64,000 nt of DNA from Macrostomum lignano (taxonomy: Eukaryota), in contig NIVC01001493.1 in assembly GCA_002269645.1 (NCBI GenBank), positions 1-64,000 of the forward strand, in the 5' to 3' direction. The notes below the pieces were generated by a model, which saw only the letters and a program-made list of their open reading frames with translations, made no database searches and was not told where the DNA came from. A program made the position numbers and the translations under genes. Position 1 is the first letter of the stretch. Every line of letters starts with the position of its first letter. This document shows, in pieces, positions 59,865-64,000 of the stretch.

Positions 59865-60491
59865 ATGTCCGCCGCCTGCAAAACCGCCCTCGTCGCGATC
59901 TTGATGCTCGCCAGTTTAATCTCACTGGGACTCGCCGCCAGTCATGCTGAACTGATGGAGCCGCCGGCTGCTGCAGTGGCCAAGTCCGGCATCCAATTCG
60001 CTAAAAGGATTCGCATGGACAGTGAGTCATACTTGAACTGGGAAGGCCAAACCCCCCCCCCTCCCAATAGAAAGTCAGGACCGAGGTGCAACCATGAGTG
60101 AACGGGGCTGCCTGTGTGTCAGAAAACGATAAAAAATGAAAGATAAGAGCTACAATTTCAATGAAAAAAGGACTATTAGAGACAGAAAGCTAGATAATGT
60201 ACAACGCGCTCGTGGAAAGTAAATAGCAGGAAGGCAGGAAGGCAGTACTAACCCTGGTGCAACGCCTTCGTCTGGTGTTCGTCTGACACGTGATACATCG
60301 TTTGACACCTTTACAATGTTGCCAGCGCCCCCCCCCCTCTCTTCACTCCGATTGCAGCTCACCGAGCATTCGTACCGTTCTGCACCTATCGTTGCGAGAT
60401 GCACTTTGGTAGGGAACGGGGCTGCGTCGGCTACGTCAATCAGAAGGAGGGCAACTGCCTGTGCGCCTGCCCCCGGCCTGCTGGCAACTGA
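59865..60491 (+). CDS. Secreted six-cysteine defensin-like peptide precursor, 2 exons, 96 aa
   Basis: Exon 1 59865-60021 (AAAAATG start, donor A|GTGAGT) and exon 2 60358-60491 (polypyrimidine tract + TTGCAG), phase 1 join. Protein: MSAACKTALVAILMLASLISLGLAASHA-ELMEPPAAAVAKSGIQFAKR-IRMDTHRAFVPFCTYRCEMHFGRERGCVGYVNQKEGNCLCACPRPAGN*. Confidence 0.8.
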
Positions 60492-60849
60492 TTAACCGAT
60501 TCGCCGTTGGCTGACAGCTCACCGGAAAATGCGCTTAAATGCTACGCACCGATTAATAGATATTTTCCGCACATTCCCAATTAGATATTTCTCGGCAAGA
60601 CTGAGAAGTTTTATCATTTACCATTTTAAAAGCAAGTTTGTAAGTTAATCAAATCAGCCAATGGACAGAAATATTCCGGACTAACTATAACCTACTACTG
60701 TACAGTAGAATGACTTGAGTTTAGTTTTTATTATTTTAACATCATCAACAATACAACATTCACTTACAGCGCATATGAAAGTGATTGCAGCTGTGTGATT
60801 GATAGCTGAAGTAGTGAAACTTCTTTGAGAGCTTCTTCACATATATTAA

Positions 60850-62338
60850 CAGAGATTCACAGAGATTCACAGAGATTCAAAGTGATTTACACAGATTCAC
60901 GAGATTTACAGAGATTCACATAGATTCACAGAGATTCACAGGGATTTACAGAGATTCACAGAGATTCAATGTGATTTATAGAGATACACAGAGATTCACA
61001 CAGATTCACAGAGATTCACAAAGATTCACACAGATACACAGAGATTCACAGAGATTCACAGAGATTCACAGAGATACACAGAGATTCACAGATTTTGTAT
61101 TAATAAGCAATGTTGGAAATCCAAACTTCCACTTTCTAAGAACCGCGTTTAGTTGAGAGGAAAATCGTTCTAAAATGAAAGCAGCAATGAAAAGCAACTG
61201 CAGTAAGAAATGACATCTAAGTAGTTACACGCGTAATTAAAGTGCTTAATTTACAAGCAGATTCGGAGCAACGGACGTCATTACCTTGACAACCACGATC
61301 CCTTCCGATCGAATTTCAGTCAGGAATGTAGCTCCGAACTCGTGACCTGTTTGAGGGCATCCTCAAATGAAAGTACAATTAACAATTGAAATTTCCGAAA
61401 GTCTATTGGGTGACACTTAATTAAATAAATGCGTGTGATTCGTTATTGAGTATCGATTAGAAAATAAGAATGTCTAACTAATATGAAAAAAATGTTCAAT
61501 CTATTAGTTACAGTGACAATGCAAATGTGCTTTAGTTATTAGCTGACCTATTTTTGGATTGCTACTGGAGCGACTGTATATAAATATGAATTAGCACCTT
61601 TGCTCCATGCAATGATGTTTTTAAAATGATGTTTCACTGCACGTTTCATAACAGAAATATATTGAATACTTAGCAATATACAGCTTACGTATATACGCTT
61701 GTACATTGTGATGGCTGTGAATCTCTGTGAATCTATGTGAATCTATGTGAATATTTGTGAATCTCTGTGAATCTCTGTGAATCTCTATAAATCACTTTGA
61801 ATCTCTGTAAATCCCTGTGAATCTCCGTGAATCTCTGTGAATCTCTGTGAATATCTATGAATCTCTGTGAATCTCTATAAATCACTTTGAATCTCTGTGA
61901 ATCTCTGTGAATCTCCGTGAATCTCTGTGAATCTCTGTGAATCTCTATAAATCACTTTGAATCTCTGTGAATCTCTGTAAATCCCTGTGAATCTCTGTGA
62001 ATCTCTATAAATCACTTTGAATTTCTGTGAATCTCTGTGAATCTCTATAAATCACTTTGAATCTCTGTGAATCTCTGTGAATCTCTGTGAATCTCTGTAA
62101 ATCTCTATAAATCACTTTGAATCTCTGTGAATCTATTTGAATCTCTGTGAATCTCTGTGAATCTCTGTGAATCTCTGTGAATCTCTATAAATCACTTTGA
62201 ATCTCTGTGAATCTCTGTGAATCTCCATGAATTTTTATGAACCTCTGTGAATCTCTATAAATCACCTTGAATCTCTGTGAATCTCTGTGAATCTCTGTGA
62301 ATCTCTGTAAATCTCTGTGAATCTCTGTGAATCTCTGA
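60850..62338. repeat. Inverted pair of 10-bp minisatellite arrays: (AGAGATTCAC)n 60850-61093 and (GTGAATCTCT)n 61715-62338
   Basis: Same unit and same variant block (AGATTCAAAGTGATTTA) in opposite orientations, ~620 bp apart. Confidence 0.92.
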
Positions 62339-62435
62339 GGTGCTTTTGGTTTTACTTTTAGAGAATTAACGGTAATTAACCTTGAGTCGTCGCTTCCGAT
62401 TGCAATCCCTAGAAAAATATACGCAGTAATTAAAG

Positions 62436-64000
62436 TCACAACTTTGTGCCAAAAGCTTCTACCAAAGTTTCATCATCCTGCTCAAAGTGCTCAAAGTTGT
62501 CCCTGCGGCAACAATCGCAGCAGTTGCAGTCTTTGTCGCCGCCTGTGTCACCATCGTCTTTGTCACGAACTTCTCCCTCTCCATCTTCTTCGCCGTCGCT
62601 CTCGTCATCGATGAGGCGCGTGATCGCCTCTTCGGGATCGAAGTTGGGACGTCGCAGCCTCGTCAACTGGTGCTGCTCGGTGCTGCTGGGCCGGCAGCTC
62701 AGGTCCAGCTGAGTGCAGAAGCTGCTCGGTTCGTAGGCCCGCGAGCGAACCAAGTCAAAGTTGATGCGACCTTTGAAGAACGGCGACCTGGCCAGACCGG
62801 ACAGGGAGACAATTCGCCTTTCCGGCAGCTTCTGCAGCAGCCGTTCGATGGTGTAGCGGCACTCCCAGGTGAGACTGGCCGGCGCCTCGAAGCTGTGCTG
62901 CCGGACCAGCTGGCGCATCTGGCGGCAGGTTGGCGCCGCGTGCAGCGGAAACTGCAACGAATGTCCATCAGCTTTGAAAGAATTTACAGCTGGTGAATTT
63001 GTATGCCAAGGACTACTTAAGTAGAAGGACGCGAAACTATGTTTCTGGGAAAATTTTAGGGAGGCAGGACTTTCCGAAAAAATACACTACGGAGATAGGA
63101 AGTTTCCATTTTTTCAGCACAAAAGTTGTTATTGCTTTCGATAGGAATTCTTAGCTGACTGTGTAACAATATGTGTAACAGAAATGATAAAATAGATTCA
63201 TAAAACCAAAGAGCCGAGCCGTGCACTTCTATTGGTCTTTAGGCCAATAGAATCCTAATTTTCTAAACGGAAAGCTCTATGAATATCAATAGAGCTACTC
63301 GTATAAGATTTTTTTATTAGAGGCAGGGGGGTTGTGTGCACCCTGGCGCACTTTAAGCGACATTGTCACACAACCGGCGAGAGGCATTACTGCCCATTCC
63401 GCCGACTCCCCTGAGCAGGCATACAAGCGCGCGGATACGTACGCAGGCACACACTCACACAGGAGTGTACAGCGGCCCTAACTTTATATTATCGTTAGGC
63501 ATGTACACTTCACTGCGCCTTGGGGGGTTGGCTCTCAAGGCCGTTAATTACACGAGCAGAGCCAAGCCGAGATTCCAATTCAGCCCCAAATTAATGTGAC
63601 TGCACTTGGAATCGAGCCTGGGTCGCTGGCCACCAGAGCCTGCGCTAGACCCCCTTACTCGTATAAGATAGGCAAAGCATATTAAAAGAATAACATTGGG
63701 TCTGTCTCCTATCGAAAGCAATAACAATTTTTGTGCTGAAAAATGATAGCTTCTTATCTCCGTAGAGCTAGAGCAGTCCTTTTTACAAATCCAAGAAATG
63801 TAGTTTCCCGTCCTTCTACTTTCGTAGTCCTTGAGTTTTACAAGTATATTAAATTTATAAAAGTATAGAGGCTTGGCAAGCGCATTTTGTTTAAGTTTAT
63901 GAAGCTCACCTTTCCAGTGACTAGGGCGTAGAACAGGATGCCCAGGGACCACCAATCGACGCTGTGATTGTACGGCCGGCCGCAGAGCATCTCAGGTGCT
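62436..64000 (-). CDS. RSKR: 3' part of an RSK-related (SGK494/RSKR-like) AGC kinase; last exon 62436-62951, penultimate exon 63910->64000 runs off the window
   Basis: [30 protein letters not shown]|GTGAGC splices in phase 0 to TTGCAG|FPLHAAP...[12 protein letters not shown]...SPFFKG (subdomains VIII-XI). Closest recalled match is RSKR (APEVLSGGPYNHAADWWSLG..LATGKFP). Confidence 0.8.
63310..63655 (-). mobile_element. SINE family 2 copy with 14-bp TSD in the kinase intron
   Basis: Near-identical to 45120-45483 apart from a short deletion in the tRNA head. TSD TACTCGTATAAGAT at 63296-63309 and 63656-63669. Confidence 0.92.

Noticed and set aside
62930-62990. F-box-like reading of the 62436-62957 ORF
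   Set aside because: The exon is the C-lobe of the kinase (FP follows TGK after splicing).

Overview
Eukaryotic (metazoan) genomic DNA with spliced genes, very dense intronic minisatellites and many small transposons. The style suggests a flatworm such as Macrostomum; this is an inference I cannot confirm. Reconstructed genes: a 5-exon TMEM87-family membrane protein (+, with an apparent 1-nt frameshift after its signal peptide), an intronless DEG/ENaC channel of FaNaC-like type (-), two 3' exons of an unidentified gene (+), a 3-exon putatively myristoylated MIEAP/SPATA18-domain protein (+), an intronless class A peptide-type GPCR (+), 4-exon OGFOD2 with a GC-AG intron (+), a 3-exon alpha-1,3-fucosyltransferase (+), a 2-exon mGluR-like class C GPCR (+), and the 3' end of an RSKR/SGK494-like kinase (-). 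There is also a 2-exon, 96-aa secreted six-cysteine defensin-like peptide precursor whose cysteine-rich exon is missing from the ORF track; it is the most novel-looking item. Mobile DNA includes a decayed Crypton-type tyrosine-recombinase element, a Merlin/IS1595 remnant inside long inverted repeats, two Tc1/IS630-like mini-elements that keep only the DNA-binding domain, two tRNA-derived SINE families, several MITEs (some nested), and Gypsy and RTE remnants. Two AT-rich islands are almost CpG-free and show directional CpA/TpG->TpA changes reminiscent of RIP. Most long ORFs in the supplied track are translations of tandem repeats. All protein family calls are from motif recognition, not database searches.
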